Assembly (NCBI GenBank): GCA_030141605.1 | Contig: JAQGDQ010000743.1 | Location: forward strand, 1 to 64,000 | DNA: 64,000 nt | Reading direction: 5' to 3' | Source: Tubiluchus corallicola | Taxonomy: Eukaryota > Animalia > Priapulida | Shown: positions 1 through 12,339 of the stretch, piece after piece | How positions within the stretch are numbered: the first letter of the stretch is position 1 | Layout of the letters: every line of letters starts with the position of its first letter | Made by a program: the position numbers and the translations under genes | The notes under the pieces: model-generated | Database searches by the model: none | Told to the model about the DNA's origin: nothing | The model's input: the letters and a program-made list of their open reading frames with translations, nothing else

Positions 1-210
1 GCATTAGTCTTAGCGTAAAGTAATTTACTAGCAGGATCTTGTTTGAGAACAAGAAAATATGAACCAGGTAAGGTTCTAGCTAGCTGTCAAAACTGTTACT
101 ATTACAACAGCATGGGGTGCGAGGCGTTGTCAAATGTACACCGTCTGGTATACTTAACCTTTGAACTTTTCACGATCATCATCAATCGCTGGAACTGTGA
201 AATGGCTTAT
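1..210 (-). mobile_element. MITE family A, partial copy
   Basis: Ends ...ggaactgtgaaatggcttatt; exact inverted copy of 1424-1634. Confidence 0.85.
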
Positions 211-527
211 TCTATTGTTACAGCATTTTCTAGCTTAATTTACTAATGTCTTCCAATGGACAACGCATAACCAATAAACTACTCCCCCGTCACATCAAAT
301 GCCGCATTATACATTATAATACTCGCTTTAATACTGATATTCCGAAAAATGAATTCAGTACATCCGCAGGATAACGAATTTAGTTTTGTTTTGTTTTATT
401 CATTCTTCTAAGTTCATTAATTTTTGATAATCATGCGTTCAACATTATATATTTTGCAACAAGATTGTGCTTTGAAAAGCAAAATATGTATATGTACATA
501 TGTAATTAGTAGTGATAACTGTAGCGA

Positions 528-1030
<503 letters not shown>

Positions 1031-1423
1031 TATATATTTTCAAATGTTTTATATATATACATATATATATATTAACTCCATTATACATATTCACTCTATA
1101 TTTATATTAAAAATGTCGTGTCATTTCGTTCTATATGTTCATTTCTGAAAGCAGAGACTGACAGTAAAGGAAGAGGCGGGAATTCTCCCACAAAGGCTTG
1201 TGTTTAGAAAGTAAAGCAGTAAAGTAAAGCACTTTGCTATGTTTTCCGACATATCCCCTCACTCAAATCACGTTTACATTTTTACCAAGAATCAACAAAC
1301 AACTCAACTCATCGAGACTATCTCTGCCTTTCTGGTTTCTGTGGACTGCAGCTGCCAGTGTTTGGAAACAGTTGGAAATCATTAAATAAGAAAGAGCAAA
1401 GCTAGAAAATGCTGTAACAATAG

Positions 1424-1807
1424 AATAAGCCATTTCACAGTTCCAGCGATTGATGATGATCGTGAAAAGTTCAAAGGTTAAGTATACCAGACGGTGTACA
1501 TTTGACAACGCCTCGCACCCCATGCTGTTGTAATAGTAACAGTTTTGACAGCTAGCTAGAACCTTACCTGGTTCATATTTTCTTGTTCTCAAACAAGATC
1601 CTGCTAGTAAATTACTTTACGCTAAGACTAATGCATAATCAAGTAAAGTCCACATAAACTAACTGAAGTCATTCAACTGATGCGAAAGACGGTTTTGCTT
1701 TACCCACACGTAACGTGACGTTGTAGTTAAGACGCTTTGCTGTGGTACACGTAACCTTTGACCTACAGCAACTGCGCGTGCGCGTAGCGAAACTGTGAAG
1801 TCTTATT
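1424..1807 (+). mobile_element. MITE family A (~390 bp, TIR AATAAGCCTTTTCACAGTT)
   Basis: Terminal inverted repeats and internal identity to other copies in the window. Confidence 0.85.
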
Positions 1808-1863
1808 ATATTTTAATATACTTGTTAATATAAATTGATATTGCCGTTAGTATTGTTAACACC

Positions 1864-1900
1864 ATGTTTGTGGTGTGCTGTTGTTGGACAGTCTTTCAAG
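1864..1900 (+). CDS. Candidate Dscam signal-peptide exon (MFVVCCCWTVFQ-G)
   Basis: accATG context, hydrophobic peptide and a CAAG|GTAACT phase-1 donor that joins the Ig1 exon in frame (MFVVCCCWTVFQGLASEAGP). Possible acceptor ...gccgttag at 1850. Unconfirmed. Confidence 0.4.
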
Positions 1901-2370
1901 GTAACTATAGTGCTGTTTTTGGTCAGTCTTTCAAGGTAACTATAGTGCTGTTGTTGGACAGTCTTTCAATGTAACTTTCGCATTGTAACAATCGCAATAT
2001 TTGACATTAGCCTATTAGAAACGTTTTATAACTTTACGGATTTTTTTAAAAGAATTGCTCATACTTTGTGAACAAATTTATGCGATTTCGCACAATTACA
2101 TATAAGACTTCCTACAATGGAAAATTAACACGTTTGAGACAGTCTCAAAACATTATTGTAAATTGTAAAATTGTATGTTACATTAGATAACTATATGTAC
2201 TATAGATTTTTACTATAATATTTGCTGCTAACCTAAAATGAGAACACTAATAAACTCATAGTGGTTCAACGAATTGATGCTGGATTAGGTACCTATGTCC
2301 ACAAGCATGAATCTATTGATCAGTTCAGTTCACTGGTGTCGTGATTTATGCCTCGCTACTCGACATTTTA

Positions 2371-2936
2371 TTAAAGGAAAATCGGACGATTGTGTAAACA
2401 CTAGTTTAGAATAAAGAATGCTCTAAAATATTGAAAACTACAATAGCTTATTTTAAATCAAAGCTTATATTAAATAATAATTACCTCGGATTTTTAAAAA
2501 ATTATACTCAAATTTCGTTAAACTTTCAAAACTATGCGCGGCTCAGTGAATCTACTAAGATTGGCAGCGGCGCCTTTTTGTCACATTCACGTGGCCGACA
2601 AATAGAAGGCGGTACCATGATAACCATGATCATGAACTGCAGTGTTATTTTCTGACGTCATATGACGTAGAGCCCATTTTCGTGACATCACGCGTTTAAA
2701 CAGTACTGTAACACTTACACAAACGTGCTTGACGCGCAAGGGATCATGCCTGTTATTGCATAAACTGTTGTTAGTTTCTGACGTAAGCAATAGCTGTGTT
2801 CGGTTACCGTTAATTAACTTTCTAAGCTAATTATTCAAATATAAGAAACAATTGATAACTTTTATAGGCAAGAAAGTGTATGTTTTTGTACAGTAAATTG
2901 AGACTGAGTCTGAACAATCGTCCGGTCTTCCTTTAA
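2371..2936 (+). mobile_element. TTAA-flanked non-autonomous DNA transposon family C (Kolobok-like); other copies 17526-18064 and 36723-37256
   Basis: TTAA|AGGAAAATCGGACGATTG...CAATCGTCCGGTCTTCCT|TTAA; three homologous copies. Confidence 0.8.
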
Positions 2937-3253
2937 TGTTACGAATAAACCAACCTTTCTGCTCTTGGTAAGAAAAAAGAAAACGTTTAGTTTTCGAATT
3001 TCAATTATATTCGATTTTTTACACGAATTTTTAAGGTTTATTTACTAAGACTGTTTTCGTGTGCTTTAGAGCTCACTAGACGCTATTCTCCTTTACTAAA
3101 TTTTAATACTAACTATGTACATGTCTGACACTGTTGCTAGACAGGAACAAATACATAGTGTAGTTTATGATGGAGACTGCAAGTAAAATGGAACGATGAT
3201 AAGTGTGTAACAAGGTTGAGCTTTTACCATTTATTGAAAAATATGGAGTGATT

Positions 3254-3797
3254 TTAAAGCAAAAACCGGACCCAATCTTAAACTGTAAGTCAAAACAATC
3301 TACTCTTTAAAATATTGAAAAGAAACGTACTATTTTTTCAAAAATGACTTACGTGAAAGAATTATTACCACACAAACACAGTCTCACATTTGCGCCACTA
3401 GTTCTTCACTGTTACATGCATTTCGCCATTCGCTAGTCAGACGGGCACTAGCGCCTGCATTTCGGAAACGTATTACACAAAAACGTGCTGTACCTCTCAT
3501 TTCAGATGTGTTAGTTTGTGATGTACTACACACGTTCGACAGCTTATGCGTGAGGACAGCAGTAAATTTGAAATTTGAATAGCACACTGAATATCTTACA
3601 GTAGCACTGTACTTCAATTTTTTTCGTCTTTGCAAACACGTACAACACGCTCGTGAAATATTTTTCCTGTTGAAAATTATGTTACTTTGTGATGTGATCA
3701 GAAACGATTTTGTAGTCTTAATTATACTAAAATGTATGCGTTTTATCGGACTTGAAAATGGGGTAGTATATGAAAAATCATCCTGTCTTCCTTGAAA
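3254..3797 (+). mobile_element. Family B TTAA-type MITE; other copies 6660-6905(-), 27806-28414 and 45970-46585
   Basis: ttaaagcaaaaaccggacccaatcttaaactg...aaaatcatcctgtcttcc; repeated within the window. Confidence 0.78.
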
Positions 3798-4132
3798 TTA
3801 TCTTTATTTTGACACAGAGATAATACGGTTCAGCGCAAGGAAATTAAGTCATAATAAACTTGTTCTTTAACTGGTTTTACGGTGTTGTCGAATTCATCGT
3901 GTATCTAAATTTAGTTGAAAACTGTAGACTTTATGCCTTACTTGTTTCCAATAAAGGTTTTTCACTATGGTTCTTAAAACTAAATACATGAAATATTCTT
4001 AGTATTATACGACTCGATCATGCCAGTTATACGTCATAGTACACGGGATAATTGTTGTAATTTAATGTTACGCATTTTAAATTTTGTCTGGTTGGCCTAC
4101 ATTGGAGAGCTGAAGGTTGTTACGACGCAGCT

Positions 4133-4514
4133 AATAAGCCTTTTCGCAGTTTCGTTGTGCGCAGGCGCAATTGGTGTAGGTCAGAGGTTAAGTCTAGCGC
4201 AGCAGCGCGTCTTAGCTACAATCGTCACGTGATATGTGTGTAAAGCAAAGCCATCTACCGCATCAGTTCATTCACTTTAGGTGTGGACTTGAGTTAATTG
4301 TGCATTATTCTGTGCATGGTGTGATTTACTAGCAGGATCGTGGTTGAGAACAAGAAAATATGAACTAGGTAAGGTTTTAGCTAGCTGTTAAAACTATTAC
4401 AATAGCATGGGCTGCAAGGCGTTGTCAAGTGTACATAAATGCGTTGTTTGGTACACTTAACCTTTGACCTTCTCACGATTATCATCAATCGCTAGAACTG
4501 GGAAAGGGCTTATT
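4133..4514 (-). mobile_element. MITE family A
   Basis: aataagccttttcgcagtt...aactgggaaagggcttatt. Confidence 0.85.
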
Positions 4515-5172
4515 CACAAAATGTACCACTTGAAAGATAATCAAAATTAAGCAAAAAGTAAATGAACTGATTTTTTTTCAGCCTAACCAATACGTTTCGT
4601 CACCACTGGGGCATGCTTTCATGCTTTCATGTTTTTTAAAGCCATTACCAAGTCAAATCGTGCACGCGTACAGTAGGCGTTTAATGCAGTTACCCAACAA
4701 GACGTGATTCATGTCTCTTTCAAGTATTGCAGACAATGTGTCCATTGTTCCCTTGATTAGGCCTTCTGTGCCATTATAACCGTTCATCCAATTAAAAAAT
4801 TCCTTTTATTCTGCATTTTTATTCTGAACCGACTCAAGTTCAGCGAGTAATTATTCGCATTTAACAAAATGTTAATTTATGGATATGTTAAGTGTTTTTA
4901 GAGGCGATTAATGCTTCAACTCGTTTCCCTTGTGGCTTCATCCAGGCATAAATTTATTTAGGCTGTGTCACTAAGTGAATTGATGGCTGTAGATTAACCG
5001 CTGCCCGTTGGATAAATTAGACGCCAAAACCTTCCAATGAATTTAAATTTACTTCGTGTAAAAATCATAGCAATAATTTAATAGCTTAGCATTGCAAAAT
5101 AATAAATTAATAATTGATTAAATTAATTTCATAATTTAAGACAATTTTATTTGAGGTACACAAAAACATTTA

Positions 5173-5603
5173 TAGTTAAAAACAACACAACTTTATTAAA
5201 AACTTCTAAGTTAAAAAGTTAAAGGTTAAAATTACTGCTGTCATCATCAGTGGTACATTTTCAAACATACAACCAGTTTATATATGCAGAGCCTATTATG
5301 CACTAATTAAGTAGTTAACAGAAGCCTAATGGGTAATGAATAAACAGGCCTGGAGAAAAGAAACTGATACAGTAACAAATAGCTATTGTATCAATTTCTT
5401 TACTGGTCTGTTTATTCATTACCTATTTGGCTTCTGTTAGCTAATTAATTAGTGCATAATAGGCTCTGCCTATATAAACTGGTTGCATGTTTGAAAATTT
5501 ACCACTGATGATGACAGCAGTAGTCTGTCGAAACGTTTGGCATGATTTTAACATTGAACTTTTTAATGTAAAAGTTTTAATAAAGTTGTGTTGTTTTTAA
5601 CTA
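5173..5603. repeat. ~430-bp imperfect foldback, probable Penelope-like inverted pLTR remnant
   Basis: Arms of about 200 bp are reverse complements (tagttaaaaacaacacaactttatt.../...aataaagttgtgttgtttttaacta); the right arm carries the hammerhead motif. Confidence 0.8.
5502..5540 (+). ncRNA. Minimal type-I hammerhead ribozyme motif (Penelope-like)
   Basis: CCA-CTGATGA-T-GACAG(cagtagt)CTGTC-GAAA-CGTT-TGG: stem I CCA/TGG, conserved core, stem II, and a palindromic ACGT stem III. Confidence 0.7.
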
Positions 5604-5659
5604 CAAATTTCATAATTATAATAGTAAACAAGCCGGAATTTAACAAGTTTTTGAAGCGA

Positions 5660-5722
5660 GTAGCTTAGCTTAGTGGCCATGGCGTTTGATTTGTAATCCA
5701 AAGATTCCTGGTTCAAATCTGT
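5660..5722 (+). mobile_element. tRNA-derived SINE head or tRNA pseudogene fragment
   Basis: A-box TAGCTTAGTGG and B-box GGTTCAAATC at tRNA spacing; no intact acceptor stem. Confidence 0.55.
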
Positions 5723-5749
5723 TGCGATTTCTACACATGTCTTTTAACA

Positions 5750-6005
5750 CTTAGCTAGAACCTTATCTAGTTCATTTTTTGTTTCCAAGCAAAATCCTGC
5801 TAGTAAATCACTGTACGTACAGGCTAATGCATTATAAAGTGAAGTCCACGTAAAACAAATAAATTTACTGAACTGACGTGGCAGACGGATTTGCTTTACC
5901 CACATCTCACGTGACGGCTGTAGTTAAGAAGCGTTGCTGTGGTAAGTTAACCTTTGACCTACAGCAACTGCGCGTGTGCACAACGAAACTATGAAACGGT
6001 TTATT
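5750..6005 (+). mobile_element. MITE family A, 5'-truncated
   Basis: agctagaaccttatctag...aactatgaaacggtttatt. Confidence 0.75.
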
Positions 6006-7150
6006 CTCAGTGTATATTAGGCAGAAACAACAGTTGTTAAAGGCCCTATGACTATTTCTAAGTTATTTTCTTTTATAGCATAGACAGAATTACATATTTT
6101 CTAATTTTTAAAACAGTTTTGATGCATACTTTTATGTAATATGGTAGCTTAAATTAAGCGCCATTGGTACTGTCGCAAATATTATTGCCCGCCATGACAC
6201 TCAGTGCTGTGACGTCACGTAAGGAAGAGGCATTTTGTTGCAAGCATGAAAGCACCCTCCTTATCACATCAATAAACCTCAGCTTTTCTTGCGGGATTAC
6301 GATGCAATAAACATGACTTAGAAAATAGTTTTGAAGTCTACACATCTGTTGTATAAATCCACTTTAATGGCAGGAAACAAGGATTCAATTTTTTCCTGAT
6401 CTATTCTTCATCCATGTTATAAGCAGCATCATCAAAGACAACAATCGACTGTTATCGACCATCAAAGTTGCCGCATCCATAGAAATAGGTAAAGCATTAA
6501 CGCATCAACCAAAATTATAATTAAATTCAGCGCTTGTTTATTTCCTAAGTAGATCTCAAAAATGGGATATGTTCTACAGGGGTGAGCATTCTATACCACA
6601 AAGCGAATTTAAATTGATTCGAATTTGTGACTTTCGAATTCGAATCGAACCGAATTTCGAGTACAGCACCTGTTTCTGTTTTTTGTACAATGCTTTTCCG
6701 AAATGCAAGCGCTAGTGTTCGTCTAACTAGCGAATGGCGAAATGCATGTAACGAGCGAAGAACTAGTGGCGCGAACGCTAAATTGTGTTTGTGTGGTAAT
6801 AATTCTTTCACGAGTCATTTTTGAAAAAATAGTGTTTCCTTTCAATATTTTAAGGAGTAGATTGTTTTAACGTACAGTTTAAGACTAGGTCCGGTTTTGC
6901 TTTAACCACGAAATTTCTGTCACATAGCTGTTTATTTCGTGATCATCTTTGAATCATTTCTGTGTTTATCTTAATTTCGCTGTTCCCAGCTCCAAATCTA
7001 TTAGATGTTCTTGCTCACACCACAAAAAAATCAGTGTTTTTTTCCATTACAAAGGTCCCAGTAGTCACAATGGTACACACTCAGTCACATAATTGAAATC
7101 TTTCAGCACACTAGCACAGCTTTCTTGAAACTTGTTGTTTATTGTTCAAG

Positions 7151-8167
7151 TTAAGTGTGACCAGGGTGAAAATAACTGAAATTAAACATAAGAAAATCGG
7201 CTTCGTACACATTGTATAATTTCTTTAAGATGGCTTCGTCCACCGGTGCATAGTACTCTATCATACGGTTAGCGGATTTATCTTCACCTGGAAAAGTTAT
7301 TTGTTTTACACCAGCTACTTTTAACAGGTAATTAAACTCCTCATTCAGGTGATGGGTAACACCAATGAACTGGTATGGAATGGAACATGGTTGGCATATG
7401 TCCACAAACTTTGCCCAATGCCCATTGAACGTACCTGAAATGTTAGCATGATTAGCTAAGTAGGTTACGAATTCAAGAAATGTGAAATTACGAATGTTAT
7501 GACTCGGACTCATTTCTCTGATGAACGGGTAGAAAAACGCAGTTCTCGCTGGAGCGCCCAATTCTAGTTTATTCACGTAAGCTGACAGAATCCGTTCGAA
7601 CGGATGACGTACGAACATAAACGTGAAATAATTGGTTAAATTTACATCGTGTACATGTTCGTGTAAAAATTCTTTGGCGCTCACAACTGATTTCCAATTT
7701 AGATGTGGAAGAACTTCCTCTGGTTCGACACCCTTTCCCTCCAGTTCGGTTCGTAGAATTGCCAGCAGTGCTCGTCTTATGTTGACCGATCCTGATTTTG
7801 GTATACTGCAATAAGCAAGTTTGTGTAGCGGGTCAAGGACCATTTTACTTCCTGGGCGCGCATTGATATAGTTCTTTATTATTCCTTTATTCTTCCACGT
7901 ACTGCAATAATGATCAACAAGGACTATTCTTTGTTTGTATATTGTTCTCATGAAATGTGATGACTTGTCCTCAGCTGTGTCATTGTTCAGATTGTCCTCA
8001 GCTGTGTCATTGTTCAGGAATGTGCGAATATTGCGAGAATATGTGACTGGATTTGGAAGAACAATCAACGTGAAATTATACAGCGTTTCTAGCGATATTG
8101 TACACAAGCACAACACACTTATTATAGTTATGAACAGTACGTGCAACACGTTTTGATTAGGTTTCAT
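7151..8167 (-). CDS. Carbohydrate sulfotransferase (Sulfotransfer_2; CHST8-14/HNK-1ST-like), intronless CDS, type II Golgi membrane protein
   Basis: 338-aa ORF with an N-terminal hydrophobic anchor, 5'-PSB-like YCSIPKSGS, 3'-PB FMFVRHPFERILSAY.NK, HW...CQPC.I.YQFIG and C-terminal LYNVYEADFLMFNF. Confidence 0.92.
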   Translation of the reverse strand: MKPNQNVLHVLFITIISVLCLCTISLETLYNFTLIVLPNPVTYSRNIRTFLNNDTAEDNLNNDTAEDKSSHFMRTIYKQRIVLVDHYCSTWKNKGIIKNYINARPGSKMVLDPLHKLAYCSIPKSGSVNIRRALLAILRTELEGKGVEPEEVLPHLNWKSVVSAKEFLHEHVHDVNLTNYFTFMFVRHPFERILSAYVNKLELGAPARTAFFYPFIREMSPSHNIRNFTFLEFVTYLANHANISGTFNGHWAKFVDICQPCSIPYQFIGVTHHLNEEFNYLLKVAGVKQITFPGEDKSANRMIEYYAPVDEAILKKLYNVYEADFLMFNFSYFHPGHT

Positions 8168-8677
8168 TTCCGACCAGTAATTTCAGAGTACATTACCAAT
8201 ATTTTTTATCTATGCAAGTTCACAAAAAATCACATCATTACGAAGCACGTCAACAAACTCATGCAAAATGTCCTTGGGGTTTGGGCTAATGTCAATGTTG
8301 TGCTAAGTGTTTGCAGCGTTCCCTTTGTTTGTTTGTTACTTCGCTTCCTTCTTTCTCTGTTTACCAGTGCATACAAGTACACGTTGATCTAGAAGCAAAT
8401 TTTCCCAGACAACTTGCACATGAAAAATCTATAGTAACACATTGGAACAGTGTTCATGGCATACGTTAGACACCATGACACCGCACTATGACTCTATTTA
8501 TAATACGACTGGAACTTCAATAGAAGTAGTATAGCATGCAGGTTGAATACACGCTCTGCACCCTTGGTTACACATGAATAAATTACCACTAATTTGATGC
8601 ATAATTGCGGATTTCATAGTCGTAAAAATCTCCATTCATACATATGTATAGAATACTTTATTGTATTTTGTGTTACG

Positions 8678-8708
<31 letters not shown>

Positions 8709-8833
8709 TTACTGACTGATTAAGAGATAGTCAAACATGATATTTTGGTTCAGTCCATAATTCACTACAAAAAAGGACTTTTGATTGATCACATAACATG
8801 ATCATTACTGCCCAAAAATCGCTAAAGTGTTAT

Positions 8834-9106
8834 TTACAAATTCACAATATGATTTGGGTTTCCATTGAAAAATTCATACAGATCGTTAAAGGTCAGTTCA
8901 GTATTATCTTCACGAAGGTGATTCGTAAGTGGACAAAAACAGATAACATCCTCTTCTGTTTGAATGTTTAAACCAGGGCAGGAGCATAGCCTGTATTTTG
9001 TTTTTATCCTTACCCATCTTCCAGTCTCAATAGGTAGGTTATGTGGGGAGAGGCGTAACCGAGATGTTTTAATCCCATGAAGCTCATTTACTTTAACACT
9101 ATACAT
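8834..9106 (-). pseudogene. LINE ORF2 C-terminal Cys/His domain fragment
   Basis: RLRLSPHNLPIETGRW...LCSC...QTEEDVICFCP. Confidence 0.75.
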
Positions 9107-9849
9107 TGCACTGATAGATAGTTCTGGAAATAGCTGTACACTTGGTTATTCACAAATAAGTTACCAATAGTTTAGTGCATGATTGCAGGCGTCATGGGCT
9201 TAAAAACCTCCGTATGTACATATATAAAATATATTTATATATGTTTTATAGTTGTATATATATATACAACTATATATATGTTTTATATATATATATTTGT
9301 AGTTGTTTTTATGTGTCTGTACACAAAATGTACAGCAATAAAATATATATAATATATGTACATAAATTACGATACATATAAGTAACTATGTATGTACAGT
9401 CTCTGCAGTGATAAAATACAATACAGCAAATCGTCAGTAGACTACGCTTGATCAAAGACACTTGTAAGTTCAATATTAGTAAGTAAAAATAGGTAAAATT
9501 TACTGGTTTTAGAAACTTCTACACGGAATTAAAGATACGTTTAAAATTTAAGTGATGTACAATACGCATTTTTATAAAGCAAGTTATACTCACACTCATA
9601 TTTACGTATGTATAATTTTTTGTGATTTTCTTAATAACATACGCTGGAAAGCTAAAATATGATTAATGTTGATTAAAATTGCTAAATGTTTTCTGTTCAT
9701 TCATTGCTAAACTGTCATGTAAAAAACTTAGTGTTTTAAATTGCAGGTAATATGAAAGGTTAGTCTGTAGGAGTGATTAGTTTTTCGTTTTTACAGGCTG
9801 GTCTTGAGTAATTTGTTGGTAAAGTGTTTTTTTTATATTTTTGGAATCC

Positions 9850-10850
9850 TCTTAGGTTAGTAAATGATTTGAGTATGGCTGTACTTCAAAGACCGACGGC
9901 TGTTGTTGAAACTGAGTTATATCCATATTAGTTTTTAGTTTATGTTTGATGTATGTTTCAAGTTCTTACATTTAGTTTCTATCTTTCAAAAAGGGAAAAT
10001 CATTTCTTTCAAATGCTTTATGAACATTGTGCTAATATATTTGTAAGTGAACAGCAATGTATTATACTGGATATTAGATTCAATTGTGGGAGTGTTTAAT
10101 TTTTCCCCATTTGCAGTGGCTGAGTAATTTTTTCAAAGTTTGTTAGGTAGCCAACGACATGTTTTAGGGCATAATTTTATATAATTTCACTCCTATTTGG
10201 AGATGTTTTTGACTTGTCAGTAAATGGCACTATACGTGAAATGAGGTAGAGGATCATAGTTTCGTACATAAGTAGTTTGGGTTTGATTTTCAGTTGACCA
10301 TTAAGCAGTGTTAGAAGTGATAATTTAGTGTCATTTTTAACTATATTATTTAAATAGTTTTTTCGTGTTAAATCTTTGTCAATCTCCATGCCTAAAAAGT
10401 TTGTTGTTCTAGACTGTTAAATTGTATTGTTGAATAGATTTAGCGTGACATTGTCAATTTTAATATCATTGTTTTTCTGTTTAAGACTGAGTATTAGAAC
10501 AAAAGACAGTTTTTACACGTTTCTACATTTGTATATTATAGAAATTAAGAATTCGCTTTATTTCTTCAACATTTTTTGTAATGTATTTACTGCCATCTGC
10601 TGCGCTTGTTGATCTTGATCATTGGTAAAGAGGTTTGTGTCGTCGGCATAGTGTTTTATGCTGCTGTCTTTTTTGCTTTTTAAATATCGATCATGTAAAT
10701 ATTGAAAAGAAGTGGACCTAAAATCGTGCCTTGTGGGACCCCTTTTGTAATTTCCCACCCAGTTTGATAATATACCATTTTCTAATTTGACTCTTTGGTG
10801 TCTATCAATCAGACAGTTGTGTATACCTGTAATCCTATTCCCCATCATAT
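9850..10850 (-). pseudogene. Decayed LINE (CR1/L2 group) reverse transcriptase fragment
   Basis: RHQRVKL...GVPQGTILGPL (frameshifted)...HYADDTNLF. Confidence 0.8.
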
Positions 10851-12339
10851 AATATTAAAGCTGGTAATACTTTTTATGAGAACGTTGAGTTTTTATTCTT
10901 GTATAGAAAAAATACTGAATGTTTTTAAGAAACTTGTTTAATCGTTTGCAGTCATAACAGCATTAAATATGCATATTTATGTGTATTAGTTCAAAAGAAT
11001 CGTTGGTACCATGCGGTGGGATGAGCTATCAAAAACTTTATTCATATCAAGGTAAGCTGCTGTGACGTATTTATTCTTATTTAACATATAACGCCAATTT
11101 TCTGTAACAAATGTTGTTGCGTTTGTTGTACTATGTTTTTTGGACGTCGAAATTGCCGCTTGGAGAATAAGTCAAATAACTAAGGAAGTTTTTGCTTAAT
11201 TAGAGCGGTTTATTTAGGATATTACAGCAATGATTCTAAAGAAATAACAAGAACAAAATAATTTTCATATAATTATTTTTATTACAACTCTTTTATTAAA
11301 AATATGTTGTACAATTTATACACTTATATAAACAAAGAGATATACATACAAAAGCTGAAAAATTGACCTAGCCCTCAGTTTGCAGGGTAAAGTAGCGGTC
11401 ATTTGAAATGAAGACCCGTTTCGTCTTTCATACATAGCAGAAATAAATAAAGATACGTCATAAATAATTGACTGCTCGCACATGTACATTAATTATACAT
11501 TAGTAAAGTGTTACACAATAGTAGTATTTGATTATGACAATTTAGGCTAGCAAGTGCAATTTTTTCCTCTCTTTGAAATAAAAAGTAACAAGTAACAACG
11601 ATGAATCGTTGCATTACATATATCCCAAATATGATGATATAAAATACCAGCATAGCACAAGAGCAGATCGAAATGTTTCGAATTATACTAATTTAAGAAA
11701 CGTTCCTTTAATCATAAAAGCAAAACAGCAAATAAAATACCGTTCTAAATGTTAAATATCTGCTTGACACCACATTAAGTTCTTATCATCAAACGTGTCA
11801 AAAATCACCTCGCGGTAAACAGCAGTACGGGTACTCTTCACGTGCTGAAATCTTCGACATCCTCTATAAATCTTCTTAACAGCTGAGCCAGTTGTTAACC
11901 AACAACTTAGAGGAATCCTTCCAGAAAAATGTACAGGGTGTCCCCTGGTGGCTTGTAAGTGCAGGACGAGTTGGCACTCTCCCAGGAGCTCCAGTAGAAA
12001 GAACACAACGTTGTATCAAGCCATTTTGGTTTTTATTGTATTTATACGTGTGGGTTGTTAATTCTTATTAACAATAACCAATGATAGATTAGATTGGCGT
12101 TACCTAGAGCTCTAATGAGAACTAACGAGGAAAAATTAAATATATAGGCACAAAGAAACCGACAAATGTCGAAAAAATTGCCCTATTTTTCGTTTATTGT
12201 TGAAAAATCGACTAAGCTTCGGTTTAGATCTTAAAAGGTGGCAGGCCTGCAAACTCTCATTCATTAATGCTATTCACCCGCTAATGCTATCCATCCATAT
12301 ATCATTACATATCAATAATGCCTGCAACTTCCACGTATT

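Noticed and set aside
43-246. 67-aa and 109-aa 'MRTRKYEPGK' ORFs (also 1263-1592)
   Set aside because: They lie inside MITE-A copies, start at TTG, and show no recognisable domain.
5660-5722. Functional tRNA gene
   Set aside because: A and B boxes are present, but the acceptor stem and 3' end are missing; treated as a SINE head or pseudogene.
11021-11051. Alternative Dscam first exon MSYQKLYSYQ-G|gtaagc (also MWRHLQ-G|gtaaac at 18395-18413)
   Set aside because: Phase-compatible donors, but neither has a hydrophobic signal core; not excluded as UTR exons.
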